A DNA stretch of 64,000 nucleotides from an uncultured Rikenellaceae bacterium (GTDB taxonomy: Bacteria; Bacteroidota; Bacteroidia; Bacteroidales; VadinHA17), in contig CAYZVJ010000001.1 of NCBI GenBank assembly GCA_964481765.1, forward strand, positions 18,452-82,451, in the 5' to 3' direction. The notes beneath the pieces are model-generated. The model had not been told where the DNA came from. It worked only from the letters and a program-made list of their open reading frames with translations, and ran no database searches. Positions 26,934-37,557 of this stretch are shown piece by piece (the stretch's first letter is position 1; each line of letters starts with the position of its first letter). The translations under genes were made by a program, and so were the position numbers.

Positions 26934-29726
26934 ATGAAGGAAAAAGAAGATGAAAATCAGAAGCGGTTATTTTTATTGGATGCATATGCATTGATATTCA
27001 GGGCTTATTATGCATTTATCAAAAATCCGAGATACAATTCCAGGGGACTTAACACCTCGGCCATCCTGGGATTTGTCAACACACTGGAGGAACTGTTGCA
27101 GAAGGAAAATCCATCACATATTGCGGTTGTTTTTGATCCTCCATCACCCACTTTCAGGCACGAACTATACGAAGAATATAAGGCGAATCGTGAAGCCACC
27201 CCGGAAGACATTAAAAAATCGGTCCCGCTCATCAAGGAACTGATTGAAGGATTCCGGATACCGGTGATTGAAACACCCGGGTTTGAAGCAGATGATGTCA
27301 TCGGTACACTCGCTAAAAAAGCGGAAGAAAAGGGATTTTCTACTTTTATGGTTACACCGGATAAAGATTTTGCACAACTGATTACCGACCGTATTTTCAT
27401 GTATAAACCAAGAAAGGGAAGAGGTGATGCTGAGATCTGGGGACCACAACAGGTCAGGGAAAAATTTCACGTGGAACACCCAGAACAAGTCGTTGATATA
27501 CTGGCACTTTGGGGTGACTCTGCCGATAATATTCCGGGAGCTCCCGGTGTGGGAGAAAAAACATCTCAAAAACTAATTCAAGAATTTGGTTCCATTGCGG
27601 AACTGTTAAAACAGACAGAGAAGTTGAAAGGACAACTGAGGGAGAATATTGAGAATAACAGGGAACAGATAGAGCTTTCAAAACAGCTAGCTACCATTGC
27701 ATTGGATGCGCCGGTAGATTTTGATGAATCGCAATTCCGGAAAAAGGAACCGGACAAAACCCGGTTACGTGAATTGTTCGATATGCTAGAGTTTAAAACC
27801 ATTGCCAGGAGAATTTTGGATGAGGGAAGGGGTGATGAAACAGAGAAGAAACCGTTTCAACCCTCATTATTTGATGGGGGATGGAAAGAAATTGTTCCAA
27901 CCGCTTCTTCTGCCAATAACATATCCAATGTAACTCATCACTATGCCATCGTGGATACCATTGAATTGGTGGAAGCGGTTGTGCGTGAAATGAGCCAGAA
28001 GGATGAATTTTGTTTTGACACAGAAACAACCGGGCTGGACATCCTGGATGCTGAACTGGTCGGTATTGCCTTCTCGGCAAAGGAGCATGAGGCAAGCTAT
28101 ATTCCGATACCAACAGAAAAGGAGCAGGCAAACCATTTTCTCGACAAACTGAAGCCGCTGTTTGAAAATCCCGGGATCAGAAAAATTGGGCAAAACCTGA
28201 AATATGATATCCAGATTCTGAAAAACTACGGGATTGATGTTGACGGCGAACTGTTTGATACCATGTTGGCCCATTATCTGATCCAACCGGAACGCAGACA
28301 CAACCTGAACTATCTTTCTGAATCATACCTTCAGTATACGCCGGTAGAAATCGAAGAGTTAATCGGCTCAAAAGCGAAAACACAGGTTAGTATGAGATCG
28401 GTACCGGTTACAAAAGTTGCTGAATACGCCGGTGAGGATGCTGATCTTACCTGGCAACTGAAGGAAATCCTGACGCAAGAATTAAAAGAACATGATCTTT
28501 GGGGTTTGGCAGAGGGTATTGAAATGCCGCTGATCTATGTTCTGGCTGCTATGGAACGGTGCGGTGTCCGATTGGATAAAAAAGTGTTGAACCGGTACGC
28601 AACAGTCTTGCAAAAAGAAATGGCATTCCTGGAGAAGGAAATTTATGACCTGGCAGGAATTGAATTCAATATTGCATCACCGAAACAACTTGGAGAGATC
28701 CTGTTTGAGCGGCTGAAAATCACGGATAAACCCCAAAGAACGAAAACAAAACAATACTCCACCAGCGAGGACATCCTTTCACGCCTGACCGATAAACACC
28801 CCATCGTAGCAAAAGTACTGGAACACCGATCCATGAAAAAGCTATTATCGACTTACGTGGAAGTGTTACCCGGATTGGTGCATCCTGAAACAGGGAAAAT
28901 CCATACTTCCTTCAACCAGGCTGTCGCCGCAACCGGAAGACTTAGCTCCAATAATCCAAATCTTCAGAATATTCCGGTCCGGGATGAAAGAGGAAGGGAG
29001 ATCAGGAAAGCATTCATCCCTTCAGATGAAGAACATATCTTGTTTTCAGCCGATTATTCTCAGATCGAGTTACGGCTCATGGCCCACATGAGCAGAGACA
29101 CAAATATGATTGAGGCATTTTTATCCAATGAAGATATCCACAGAGCAACGGCAGCAAAAATCCATGGGATCCCCTTAGACCAGGTTAGCCCGAAAATGAG
29201 GAATCAGGCTAAAACAGCAAATTTTGGCATTATATACGGTATTTCCTCTTTCGGGTTAGCACAACGATTGAATATTTCCAGACAAGAGGCGAACGAATTG
29301 ATCCGGGAATATTTCAACAATTATCCCGATGTGAAAACCTATATGATCAATAGCATTATTCAGGCAAGGGAATCGGGTTATGTTAAAACCATTATGGGGA
29401 GAAGAAGGTATTTGCCGGATATCCGATCCAGGAATTCAGTGGTTCGGGGAATGGCAGAGAGAAATGCAATTAATGCCCCCATTCAAGGCTCTGCTGCCGA
29501 TATTATAAAGCTCGCAATGATACGGATTCATCAGCAAATGAAGCAAAACAAACTGCGGTCGAAAATGATTCTTCAGGTGCATGATGAATTGATCTTTGAT
29601 GTGCACCGGCCAGAATTGGAGCCGGTAAAAGAGATCGTATTGAGCAATATGGAAAAGGCAGTGGATCTGGAAGTGCCCCTCACGGTTGATTGGGGAACAG
29701 GAGAAAACTGGCTTGAGGCACATTAA
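26934..29726 (+). CDS. polA: DNA polymerase I (5'-3' exo, 3'-5' exo and polymerase domains)
   Basis: 5' nuclease LLDAYALIFRAYYA. Exo I FDTETTGLD. Pol motif A SADYSQIELRLMAH, motif B RNQAKTANFGIIYG, motif C LQVHDELIF. Confidence 0.95.
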   Translation: MKEKEDENQKRLFLLDAYALIFRAYYAFIKNPRYNSRGLNTSAILGFVNTLEELLQKENPSHIAVVFDPPSPTFRHELYEEYKANREATPEDIKKSVPLIKELIEGFRIPVIETPGFEADDVIGTLAKKAEEKGFSTFMVTPDKDFAQLITDRIFMYKPRKGRGDAEIWGPQQVREKFHVEHPEQVVDILALWGDSADNIPGAPGVGEKTSQKLIQEFGSIAELLKQTEKLKGQLRENIENNREQIELSKQLATIALDAPVDFDESQFRKKEPDKTRLRELFDMLEFKTIARRILDEGRGDETEKKPFQPSLFDGGWKEIVPTASSANNISNVTHHYAIVDTIELVEAVVREMSQKDEFCFDTETTGLDILDAELVGIAFSAKEHEASYIPIPTEKEQANHFLDKLKPLFENPGIRKIGQNLKYDIQILKNYGIDVDGELFDTMLAHYLIQPERRHNLNYLSESYLQYTPVEIEELIGSKAKTQVSMRSVPVTKVAEYAGEDADLTWQLKEILTQELKEHDLWGLAEGIEMPLIYVLAAMERCGVRLDKKVLNRYATVLQKEMAFLEKEIYDLAGIEFNIASPKQLGEILFERLKITDKPQRTKTKQYSTSEDILSRLTDKHPIVAKVLEHRSMKKLLSTYVEVLPGLVHPETGKIHTSFNQAVAATGRLSSNNPNLQNIPVRDERGREIRKAFIPSDEEHILFSADYSQIELRLMAHMSRDTNMIEAFLSNEDIHRATAAKIHGIPLDQVSPKMRNQAKTANFGIIYGISSFGLAQRLNISRQEANELIREYFNNYPDVKTYMINSIIQARESGYVKTIMGRRRYLPDIRSRNSVVRGMAERNAINAPIQGSAADIIKLAMIRIHQQMKQNKLRSKMILQVHDELIFDVHRPELEPVKEIVLSNMEKAVDLEVPLTVDWGTGENWLEAH

Positions 29727-29923
29727 CCCCCACAGCTGTTTTAGAGCCTCATGAGGGACGACTACACTGGAGACGGGTAAACTACCATCGGTTGAAGATC
29801 GTTCAAAATAACGCATATTATGGCTTCTACGGCAGGAGTTTGACGTGGGTTCTGCATTACATTGAGACAAAATGGGCCCCCAATAAAAACAGTTTTGTAC
29901 TTTAATCCTCGAAACCTTTTATC

Positions 29924-30157
29924 ATGAAAATAACGGTACTGTTTTTTGGAGTGCTGACTGAAATTATTACCAGAAACAGGCTTGCCATTCACGGTGTGAA
30001 AAACGTGGAGGACCTGAAAAGGCAATTGATAGAAAAGTACCCGGAATTGCAGCGGTATGTTTACCGGGTGTTTGTGAATAAAGAATTGATTGCCGGTAAC
30101 AAATCCCTGAACGATGGGGATGAGGTTGCCCTGATACCGCCTTTTGCCGGAGGGTAG
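29924..30157 (+). CDS. MoaD/ThiS-family sulfur-carrier protein (C-terminal Gly-Gly)
   Basis: 77 aa. MKITVLFFGVLTEI...DGDEVALIPPFAGG* is a ubiquitin-like beta-grasp pattern ending in GG. No moaE/moeB/thi partner in the window. Confidence 0.75.
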   Translation: MKITVLFFGVLTEIITRNRLAIHGVKNVEDLKRQLIEKYPELQRYVYRVFVNKELIAGNKSLNDGDEVALIPPFAGG

Positions 30158-30170
30158 GCAGTGTAACTAT

Positions 30171-31868
30171 CTATTTTGCTTCAGCAACGATATGGGGAGC
30201 AGTGATCAGCAATATTGAGTAATATTGATCCTGATCCATTAGTACCCCGGAGGCACGAAGTAGTTGCTCGTCGTGTGAGAGAGAAGCATGAATTTTGCCG
30301 CCCTGGTAATAATAACGACCGGCGATCTCTTCTTTCAGCAGTTCCAGGATCTCATCCCGGAATGTTTCAAGGTCTTTGTATTTATCGTGGGTCAGTTTTT
30401 CTTTTAACAGGCGAAACTCCTCTTTTGACCGATCAAAATATTGCTCTTTTTTTGCCATTTCTTCAAGTTTCTTCAGGGCATTTTCGGATTGGGTGTTGTA
30501 ATCAAATTCCCTGCTGTCGATAAACTGAATAAAATCTTCATAATCCTCATCAGAAATCGAAAAACTGTCGGGAGGTGTAATGGAATCGTGTAGAATGGCA
30601 TATTGCGTCGCAAAATCGAAGATGAGAAAACGGGAATACAGCTCGACGGTTATTTGACTTACGGTTTCCGGATTGGCTTGAACATCGGGCACAATACCCC
30701 CGCCATCGTATACCGGTCTACCATGTTTTGTTGTGTATTCCGCAATCAAAGAGTCGGGGATAGTTCCCACACTGCCATCTTCATTCCGGTTTGAATAGTC
30801 GAGTGCCTGAATGCATCTTCCACTGGGGATGTAATATTTTGCTGTGGTCACTTTCAGCTGGCTGTTGTAACTTAATGGTCTTGTGGTTTGAACAAGTCCT
30901 TTGCCGAAGGTTCTCTCTCCGACAATGATTCCACGGTCAAGGTCCTGTATTGCTCCGGCTACGATTTCAGATGAAGAAGCCGAGCTCCGATTCACCAAAA
31001 CGGCGATGGGGATGACGGTATCGATAGCTGCTTCGGTGGTGACATAACGCTGATCATACTCCTTTACTTTGCCCCGGGTGCTGACGATTTCATTTCCTTC
31101 GGGGATAAACAGATTGGCGACAGAAACAGCTTCCAGCAGCAAACCTCCCGGATTGCCCCTTAAATCGAGAACCAAACCGTTCAGATCCTGTTTGCTTTTA
31201 AGGGAGACCAATGCGTTTTTTACCTCTGTGCTGGCACCCATGGTAAAGTTATTTAACCGGATATAACCGATATTCTGATCCAGCATGCCATAATAGGGAA
31301 CGCTCTTGATCTGGATTTTTTTACGAACCAACGTTTTCACGAAGGGTTGATTCATGCCGGGGCGTTGAATTGTAATCTCCAGTTGGGTTCCCGGCAGACC
31401 TTTTAACAGATCACTGATTTTTGAAACATCAAGCCCACGGGTTGATTTCCCATCCACCGCTACGATCAGATCGCCCGTTTTCAAATTGGCTCTATCGGCA
31501 GGAAAATTTTGATACACTTCGGAAATGACGGCATACTCACCACTGCTTCTGATCAGAGAACCAATCCCGCCATATTCCCCGGTTGTTAGCAATTGCAGGT
31601 CTTCCAGTTCCGATTCCGGAATGTACACAGTATAAGGATCCAATGTTTTCAGCATCTCATCAATGCTGGTTGTTATTAATTTTTCCGGATCCGTTTCATC
31701 GACATAATATAGATTAAGTTCCCGGAAAAGAGAGGTATATATTTCTATATTTTTAACCAGTTTAAAATCGTTACTCTCTGAAAAGGCAAGAATGAACAGC
31801 GAAACAAAGATCAACATACCTCCCGTCAGTGTTACCTTCCGTCTCGTTAAGAATTCAACAGTTTTCAT
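30171..31868 (-). CDS. S41-family C-terminal processing (tail-specific) peptidase
   Basis: PDZ region (GGIGSLI...GDLIVAVDG), LDLRGNPGGLL, SASSSEI...ERTFGKG (Ser/Lys dyad context). N-terminal TM/signal. Start set at the ATG at 31868 (MKTVEF...); the track's start at 31925 is upstream in frame. Confidence 0.9.
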   Translation of the reverse strand: MKTVEFLTRRKVTLTGGMLIFVSLFILAFSESNDFKLVKNIEIYTSLFRELNLYYVDETDPEKLITTSIDEMLKTLDPYTVYIPESELEDLQLLTTGEYGGIGSLIRSSGEYAVISEVYQNFPADRANLKTGDLIVAVDGKSTRGLDVSKISDLLKGLPGTQLEITIQRPGMNQPFVKTLVRKKIQIKSVPYYGMLDQNIGYIRLNNFTMGASTEVKNALVSLKSKQDLNGLVLDLRGNPGGLLLEAVSVANLFIPEGNEIVSTRGKVKEYDQRYVTTEAAIDTVIPIAVLVNRSSASSSEIVAGAIQDLDRGIIVGERTFGKGLVQTTRPLSYNSQLKVTTAKYYIPSGRCIQALDYSNRNEDGSVGTIPDSLIAEYTTKHGRPVYDGGGIVPDVQANPETVSQITVELYSRFLIFDFATQYAILHDSITPPDSFSISDEDYEDFIQFIDSREFDYNTQSENALKKLEEMAKKEQYFDRSKEEFRLLKEKLTHDKYKDLETFRDEILELLKEEIAGRYYYQGGKIHASLSHDEQLLRASGVLMDQDQYYSILLITAPHIVAEAK

Positions 31869-31972
31869 ATGCATGCATTTTTCTGCAATAATCCGGCAAT
31901 CATTTGGAAATGCAAAGATAAACAATCTGTCGTGATAACGTCTAATTATTGTATCCTAAAAGGGTGAAACGC

Positions 31973-32194
31973 TCAGGGCACGGGATCGTTCCCATGGCCA
32001 CCCCACGGGTGACACCGCATGATCCGTTTCAGGCAGAGCCACCCTCCCTTGAAGGGACCATGTTTCCCGATTGCCTCGATGCAATAATTGGAGCAGGTTG
32101 GAGTAAACCGGCAGGTAGCCGGGAATAACGGCGATATCAGGTACTGGTATACTTTTACCAGACCGATCATCATTATGCTAAGCGGATTTCTCAT
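31973..32194 (-). CDS. yidD: membrane protein insertion efficiency factor YidD
   Basis: [58 protein letters not shown]. Start uncertain (32194 or 32173). Overlaps or abuts the rnpA 3' end. Confidence 0.85.
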   Translation of the reverse strand: MRNPLSIMMIGLVKVYQYLISPLFPATCRFTPTCSNYCIEAIGKHGPFKGGWLCLKRIMRCHPWGGHGNDPVP

Positions 32195-32567
32195 GGTGAG
32201 TGATAAGCTGCTGCAGGGCAATGATTAATTTTTCCTTAATCATGGAATATGAAAGCACTTCATCTGAGATGTAGACAAGCAGAATAGAGAGCTTCTTCCC
32301 TTTGGCAGAAAGGGGTTCAAACAACTCCTTGTGCTTGCGGTAGGCTTCTCTGATCCTTCGTTTGATCAGGTTACGAACAACCGCCTTTTTAAACCGTTTT
32401 TTAGATACGGAGAAAGCAACCTGAACAGGAGACTGACTTTTTTCTGATTCAGACATCCAATAAATCCGGAAGGGATAGGTTGTGTGAGTTCTTCCGGATT
32501 CCAGCAGTTGGCCGATCTTTCGCTGACTGGTTAAACGCTCTGCTTTTTTGAAGGTGAATTTTTTCAT
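32178..32567 (-). CDS. rnpA: ribonuclease P protein component
   Basis: 129 aa, basic. [26 protein letters not shown] (the RNR-like motif). The position directly upstream of yidD is the conserved order. Confidence 0.85.
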   Translation of the reverse strand: MKKFTFKKAERLTSQRKIGQLLESGRTHTTYPFRIYWMSESEKSQSPVQVAFSVSKKRFKKAVVRNLIKRRIREAYRKHKELFEPLSAKGKKLSILLVYISDEVLSYSMIKEKLIIALQQLITHHEKSA

Positions 32568-32610
32568 CTTTCAGAACATTTCAACCGGCATGATCCCCCA
32601 AAAAAATGGA

Positions 32611-33363
32611 TTATTTGCAATTTTTATTATGCTCCTTGATGTACTGTTCCAGCGCCATGGTCATGCTGGGAGCCTCTGGATTGGGGGCTTCAATATCAAG
32701 GCGTAATCCCGCATCAAGAACAGCCCTTGTTGTGGTTGGGCCAAAAGCTGCAATTTTTGTGTTATTCTGCTTAAAATCAGGAAAATTCTGTAACAGGGAT
32801 TTTATCCCGGAGGGGCTGAAAAAAACCAGAACATCATAATTTACATTGGACAGATCGGAGAGATCACTGCAAACCGTTTTATACAAGATTGCAATGGAAA
32901 AGAAGATCTTATGCTTATTCAATAACGCTGGAATTTCTGGTTTGTGTTGATCAGACAGCGGAACAAAGAACTTTTCATCCTTATGTTTAAGAATAAGATC
33001 CAATAACCCGGTAAAATTATTGTGTCCGTAAAAAATTTTTCTCTTTCGGTAGACAATGTATTTTTGGAGGTAGAACGCAATCGATTCTGAAACACAAAAA
33101 TATTTCATCGAATCCGGAATGGTTAAACGCATCTCTTCACTGATCCGGAAGAAGTGGTCTATTGCCGTTTTACTGGTAAAAACGACAGCAGTATGGCTTA
33201 AAATATCAGTTCGCGTTTGCCTAAAATCTTTTACCGAAACCCCCTCAACATGAATAAATGGCCTGAAATCAATTTTCAGGCTGTTCAGCTTGGCTAAGTC
33301 GAAATAGGGGGATTTTTCATTCTCTGGTTCGGGTTGAGAGACAAGTATTTTTTTGATTTTCAA
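32611..33363 (-). CDS. hemD: uroporphyrinogen-III synthase
   Basis: MKIKKILVSQPEPENEKSPYFDL...VVFTSKTAIDHFF...VFFSPSGIKSL is the Bacteroidota-type HemD pattern. A TTG start at 33363 is forced, with no in-frame ATG upstream before the stop at 33403-33405. Confidence 0.85.
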   Translation of the reverse strand: MKIKKILVSQPEPENEKSPYFDLAKLNSLKIDFRPFIHVEGVSVKDFRQTRTDILSHTAVVFTSKTAIDHFFRISEEMRLTIPDSMKYFCVSESIAFYLQKYIVYRKRKIFYGHNNFTGLLDLILKHKDEKFFVPLSDQHKPEIPALLNKHKIFFSIAILYKTVCSDLSDLSNVNYDVLVFFSPSGIKSLLQNFPDFKQNNTKIAAFGPTTTRAVLDAGLRLDIEAPNPEAPSMTMALEQYIKEHNKNCK

Positions 33364-33410
33364 AACGCAAAATTTTAATTTTACTATCTCTATATCAAAA
33401 ACTTACAATA

Positions 33411-34577
33411 CTACACCAATAATCCAGATAGCTTAAGAAATAGAAGTATTGGCAAAAATTCCAGGGCACAAAGGTATAAAATCCAATATAATATTGAAAC
33501 TCCTTCCCGGATAAAAATTTGAAATCCCCGAAACAATCGGAGAATGTAGGCTAAAAAAATCAGGACCATTCCGGTATACAGAAACAGGGGCAATACGGTA
33601 TCCGATATATACACCATACCAAGTACAACCGGGAACAGGACAAGGCCGAGGTTCCGGTTAAACAGGAACACCGTATGGGTGTATTCGGCAAATGTTTTTT
33701 GGGTTAGTGATATAACTCCGAGAAGATATAAGACGATCGATTTTACAGCATAGAGTGCAATGATAAGGACGGTCAGAATAACATATACGCTGAAACTGCC
33801 CAACCGGCCAATTTCGATCTTCAGATAGGTTAACGTAAGGTAAAGGTAGAGTCCGGTATTCAGGTAAAAGATAACGTTCAGACCCAATGCCACACGGGTT
33901 GAAACGCTGCTCCGGTCACGGAAAAGATTATAGGAAACCTGTTGATTGATTAATGCCCCGACAGTGGGGGAGAGAAATTTGTTATAAAACAGCCGGATCC
34001 AGGCCAGAACGATAAATGAGATAAGAAAAACCCCGAGAAACCAGTCCTGGGACACATCCATTTTTTCCTTTTCACCCAACCCCCTTTCAGCTTCTTTCTG
34101 TAACCATACCGTTTTTTTCTCTGTTTTCGCTGTATCACCGGTTTCCACACGATCTTCAATGAAAACCGGTTTGCCCTCTTCCTTTTCCAGATAGGAATAA
34201 CGGGGCAGGTTCAATGAAAACTCCGGAAGGGGTAAAAAAGAGAGGGAATCTACTGATATGATTACATGGCTTGAATCAAGCAAGACCAACGGTTCGGGCT
34301 CAACCTCTTGAATGATACGAAAAGAAGGTCTTTGTGGCTGTCGGGCAAGTGAATCGAGGGTGTCCTGATGGCGATTGCTTCGTTCAAAAAGTGACTGAAT
34401 ATCCTCCGGTGAGAATTGCCGGATTGACAGTGAATCGTTCGCTTTTTGGATGGAATCCTGGCCCGCTTTCATGGCGGTGCTATCCTGAGATACACCGGAT
34501 TGAATGGTATCCTGCAGGCTTATTATCCATGTTGAAGCTGGATTGGTTTGATGCTTTTTCTGGTCGTTCACCAACAT
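33411..34577 (-). CDS. DUF4271-like multi-pass membrane protein with Q/S-rich N-terminal region
   Basis: The C-terminal ~200 aa has about 6 TM segments. It sits directly upstream of hemD, a pairing I recall as conserved for DUF4271 in Bacteroidota. The family call is from memory. Confidence 0.65.
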   Translation of the reverse strand: MLVNDQKKHQTNPASTWIISLQDTIQSGVSQDSTAMKAGQDSIQKANDSLSIRQFSPEDIQSLFERSNRHQDTLDSLARQPQRPSFRIIQEVEPEPLVLLDSSHVIISVDSLSFLPLPEFSLNLPRYSYLEKEEGKPVFIEDRVETGDTAKTEKKTVWLQKEAERGLGEKEKMDVSQDWFLGVFLISFIVLAWIRLFYNKFLSPTVGALINQQVSYNLFRDRSSVSTRVALGLNVIFYLNTGLYLYLTLTYLKIEIGRLGSFSVYVILTVLIIALYAVKSIVLYLLGVISLTQKTFAEYTHTVFLFNRNLGLVLFPVVLGMVYISDTVLPLFLYTGMVLIFLAYILRLFRGFQIFIREGVSILYWILYLCALEFLPILLFLKLSGLLV

Positions 34578-34658
34578 CGGTTTCTCAGATAAATAATGGG
34601 CAAAGATAAATCAATTCGCTGAGAATATTCTTTCATGCTTTGGTATGGAATTGTGGGA

Positions 34659-35573
34659 TTAAAAAAATGCGATCTCTATTTTCTTGCCCGTCCTGAGTGA
34701 TTCGATGTCAGACAATAAATGATTGGCCAATCGGCTTGCCCCGAAACGAAAAAGGGATGGTGTTATCCATTCAGAACCCAGCGTGTTTACAACGATAGCC
34801 AGAAAAGGCAGAGCCTCTGAGGAGGAGGATATCCCGCCGGAGGGTTTAATGCCAACCCTTTTTCCTGTAGCGGAAAAGTAATCGCTTATCGCTGTACACA
34901 TCACACCAACAGCCTCGATCGTTGCAGCAGGTTGAAATTTTCCGGTGGATGTTTTGATAAAATCAGCACCCGATTGCATGGCAAGCATACTTGCCCTATA
35001 GATGTTTTCATGGGAAGATAGTGCTCCTGTTTCAAGGATGATTTTCAGCGGGTATTTTTGTACGACCCGCCTTATCTCTTTTAATTCTTTTTCTACAGCC
35101 GGAACATTTGATTCCAGGAATTTTCCCACAGAGATAACGACATCGATCTCTTCAGCTCCGTTTTCAATCGCCAGTTCAATCTCGGCTAATTTTATCTTTA
35201 AAAAGGTTTGTGAGGAGGGAAATCCTCCGGCAACGGAGGCAATTCTAACATGTGGCACTGCAAGAACATCCCGGACACAGGATACGAGTGAGGGGTATAC
35301 ACAGATAGCGGCAACATTTGGTATTTCCGGGAAACGACTGGGACATTGATTTATATTTTCACAGAGTGAACGGATTTTTTTCTCCGTATCGGTTGTATTT
35401 AATGTGGTCAGATCCAGCAAACTGAAAATGGTCTTTAATCCGTCTGGGTGATTAAACGATCCGGCGGATGAAATGGCAGAATCCACAAGCTGTTTAACGA
35501 ATCGATCCGAAATTTTTTTTCCGTAGTTTTTATGTTTTGTATCCATTGTATTACCCTGTGCTGATTGGTACAT
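34659..35573 (-). CDS. deoC: deoxyribose-phosphate aldolase (long form)
   Basis: LDLTTLNTTDT, EIDVVI, GADFIKTSTGK (Schiff-base Lys context), VGIKPSGGI. Alternative start M10 at 35546. Confidence 0.85.
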   Translation of the reverse strand: MYQSAQGNTMDTKHKNYGKKISDRFVKQLVDSAISSAGSFNHPDGLKTIFSLLDLTTLNTTDTEKKIRSLCENINQCPSRFPEIPNVAAICVYPSLVSCVRDVLAVPHVRIASVAGGFPSSQTFLKIKLAEIELAIENGAEEIDVVISVGKFLESNVPAVEKELKEIRRVVQKYPLKIILETGALSSHENIYRASMLAMQSGADFIKTSTGKFQPAATIEAVGVMCTAISDYFSATGKRVGIKPSGGISSSSEALPFLAIVVNTLGSEWITPSLFRFGASRLANHLLSDIESLRTGKKIEIAFF

Positions 35574-35624
35574 CTTTTTTGCAGTCCCTGCCGGACAATA
35601 GAATTAATGCTTAAAACAAACACA

Positions 35625-37034
35625 TTATCTCTTTCCGGAATTTTTGCCGGGAGCCGTTTTCCCTCTTGCTATAGAGGCAAAGATACCACCAAAACAGAGA
35701 ATAGAAAAAATAAGGAATGCCATTTTCACACTTGATAAAAATTCCGCATGATTGGATGGATTGATTTCAGTCCGGCCAATGAACAGGGAAAAGAGCATCA
35801 TAGCAATGCCCATACTGAACATCTGACCGACCGCTCGCATGGTTGCCTGTGTGCCGGATGCAACACCGAGGAATTTTTTTTCCACGGAATTCATGATGGC
35901 ATTTACATTGGGTGAGGAGAATAGTGCAAAACCTGTACCCAGGATCAGCAGATTAATAATGATTACCAGCATGGAGGTAGCAGGAGTGAGAAAGACAAGC
36001 AGGAAGAGCCCCACCATGGATAATCCCATACCAATGGAAGCCACGACCCTGGATTCAATCTTATCAGAAAGTTTTCCGGAGATCGGTGATAGTATGGCCA
36101 TAATGATCGGTTGGGAAACAAGGACCAGGCCTGCATTCTGAGGAGAAAGATCCTTGATATATTGCAGGTAGAGGCTCAGCAGAAAACCGGTTGCAAAAGT
36201 TGCGGCATAGTTAATCAATGCCGCCAGATTTGAGAATGCAAAAACACGGTTGTACCGGAAGAGATTTATTTCAAGAATCGGGTATGCCGACCTTTTTTCA
36301 ACCCGGAACAAACAAACAAACAACATCAACCCGGAAACGATAATTACCCAGCCAAACCATTCCGGGAGAAGCGTAAATCCATACATCAGCAGAAATAGCG
36401 CCGCTCCATACAATATACTGCCCTGCCAGTCGAATCGCTCTTTGGCCGCATCAGCCCAATCCTGTTTTAGCATTAAAAGAATCAGGATAATAGCGGATAG
36501 TCCGATCGGTACAAGAACCAGAAAGATACTTTTCCAGCCCAGGTATTGGGTCAGTAATCCTCCACCAAACGGTCCGATCGATAAACCGATATAGACGGCT
36601 GAAACGTTGATGCCCAAAGGCCTGCCACGTTCTCCAGGAGGATAGACAGAAGTGATAATCGCGGTGCTGGTGCTAAAGATCATGGAGCTTCCAAGACCCT
36701 GTACTACTCTGAAGGCAATCAGTTGATGAATGCTGGCAGAGAGGGCACACAGGATGGAAGTGATGATAAACAGGGCAAGACCAATGGTATAGATCTTTTT
36801 TCTGCCAACAATATCGGCCAGCTTGCCAAGGGGAACAAGAAAAATGGCGGCAGACAGGATATACGAAGTAGCCACCCAGGAGATTTGAACAGCGTTGGCA
36901 TTGAACTCTTTCCCAATCGTAGGTAATGCCACGTTAATTGCAGAACCCATGAACGGAGTCATGAACGATGCGATAACGGCAATGGATAACGCGGTTCGTT
37001 TAACGGATGTGTCGGGAAAATCCTGGTGAATCAT
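35625..37034 (-). CDS. MFS transporter, DHA2 (14-TMS drug:H+ antiporter)-like
   Basis: 469 aa, about 14 TM segments. GKLADIVGRKKIY (MFS motif A), LFIITSILCALS, RVVQGLGSSMI. Confidence 0.85.
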   Translation of the reverse strand: MIHQDFPDTSVKRTALSIAVIASFMTPFMGSAINVALPTIGKEFNANAVQISWVATSYILSAAIFLVPLGKLADIVGRKKIYTIGLALFIITSILCALSASIHQLIAFRVVQGLGSSMIFSTSTAIITSVYPPGERGRPLGINVSAVYIGLSIGPFGGGLLTQYLGWKSIFLVLVPIGLSAIILILLMLKQDWADAAKERFDWQGSILYGAALFLLMYGFTLLPEWFGWVIIVSGLMLFVCLFRVEKRSAYPILEINLFRYNRVFAFSNLAALINYAATFATGFLLSLYLQYIKDLSPQNAGLVLVSQPIIMAILSPISGKLSDKIESRVVASIGMGLSMVGLFLLVFLTPATSMLVIIINLLILGTGFALFSSPNVNAIMNSVEKKFLGVASGTQATMRAVGQMFSMGIAMMLFSLFIGRTEINPSNHAEFLSSVKMAFLIFSILCFGGIFASIARGKTAPGKNSGKR

Positions 37035-37073
37035 GTTGCTGTTTTACATGGATAGCAAGTCAGGTAAGTTGAA

Positions 37074-37526
37074 CTATTCTCTGTTTTTTGTGTCAATCCA
37101 TATCGTTACCGGACCATCATTAATGAGGTTGATCTGCATGTATGCTCCAAATTCTCCGGTCTTTACGGTTTTCCCCAGCATTGTTCCCAGTTGTTTTACA
37201 AACGCGTTGTATAACGGAATGGCTAATTCCGGCTTAGCGGCCCTTATGTAGGAAGGGCGATTCCCCTTTTTTGTCTTGGCATGAAGTGTAAACTGACTGA
37301 CGGCCAGTGCATCGCCATCAACTTCCGTTATGGGTACATTCATGATTCCCTGCTCATCATCAAAAATTCGCAACTGGGCAATTTTCCTGCATAACCACAC
37401 TACATCGTCCACGGTGTCTTCAATTTCTATTCCAAGCAGGATCAACAAACCGTGGCCAATTTCTGATATAATTTCTTCTTCGATGCTTACTGAAGCATGG
37501 GTTACTCGTTGTATAACTGCGCGCAT
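37074..37526 (-). CDS. dtd: D-aminoacyl-tRNA deacylase
   Basis: MRAVIQRVTHASV...GLLILLGI...ALAVSQFTL...KGNRPSY...FGAYMQINLINDGPVTI. 150 aa. Confidence 0.95.
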   Translation of the reverse strand: MRAVIQRVTHASVSIEEEIISEIGHGLLILLGIEIEDTVDDVVWLCRKIAQLRIFDDEQGIMNVPITEVDGDALAVSQFTLHAKTKKGNRPSYIRAAKPELAIPLYNAFVKQLGTMLGKTVKTGEFGAYMQINLINDGPVTIWIDTKNRE

Positions 37527-37557
37527 ATGTCGTTGTTTTTTCCTGCATCATTCGGCT

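Noticed and set aside
29727-29923. Moco riboswitch upstream of the MoaD-like gene, and likewise a preQ1 riboswitch upstream of queD at 26388..26443.
   Set aside because: I could not align the conserved cores I remember for these RNAs to either leader. This needs cmscan, so it is reported only as an unexplained leader and not called as a feature.
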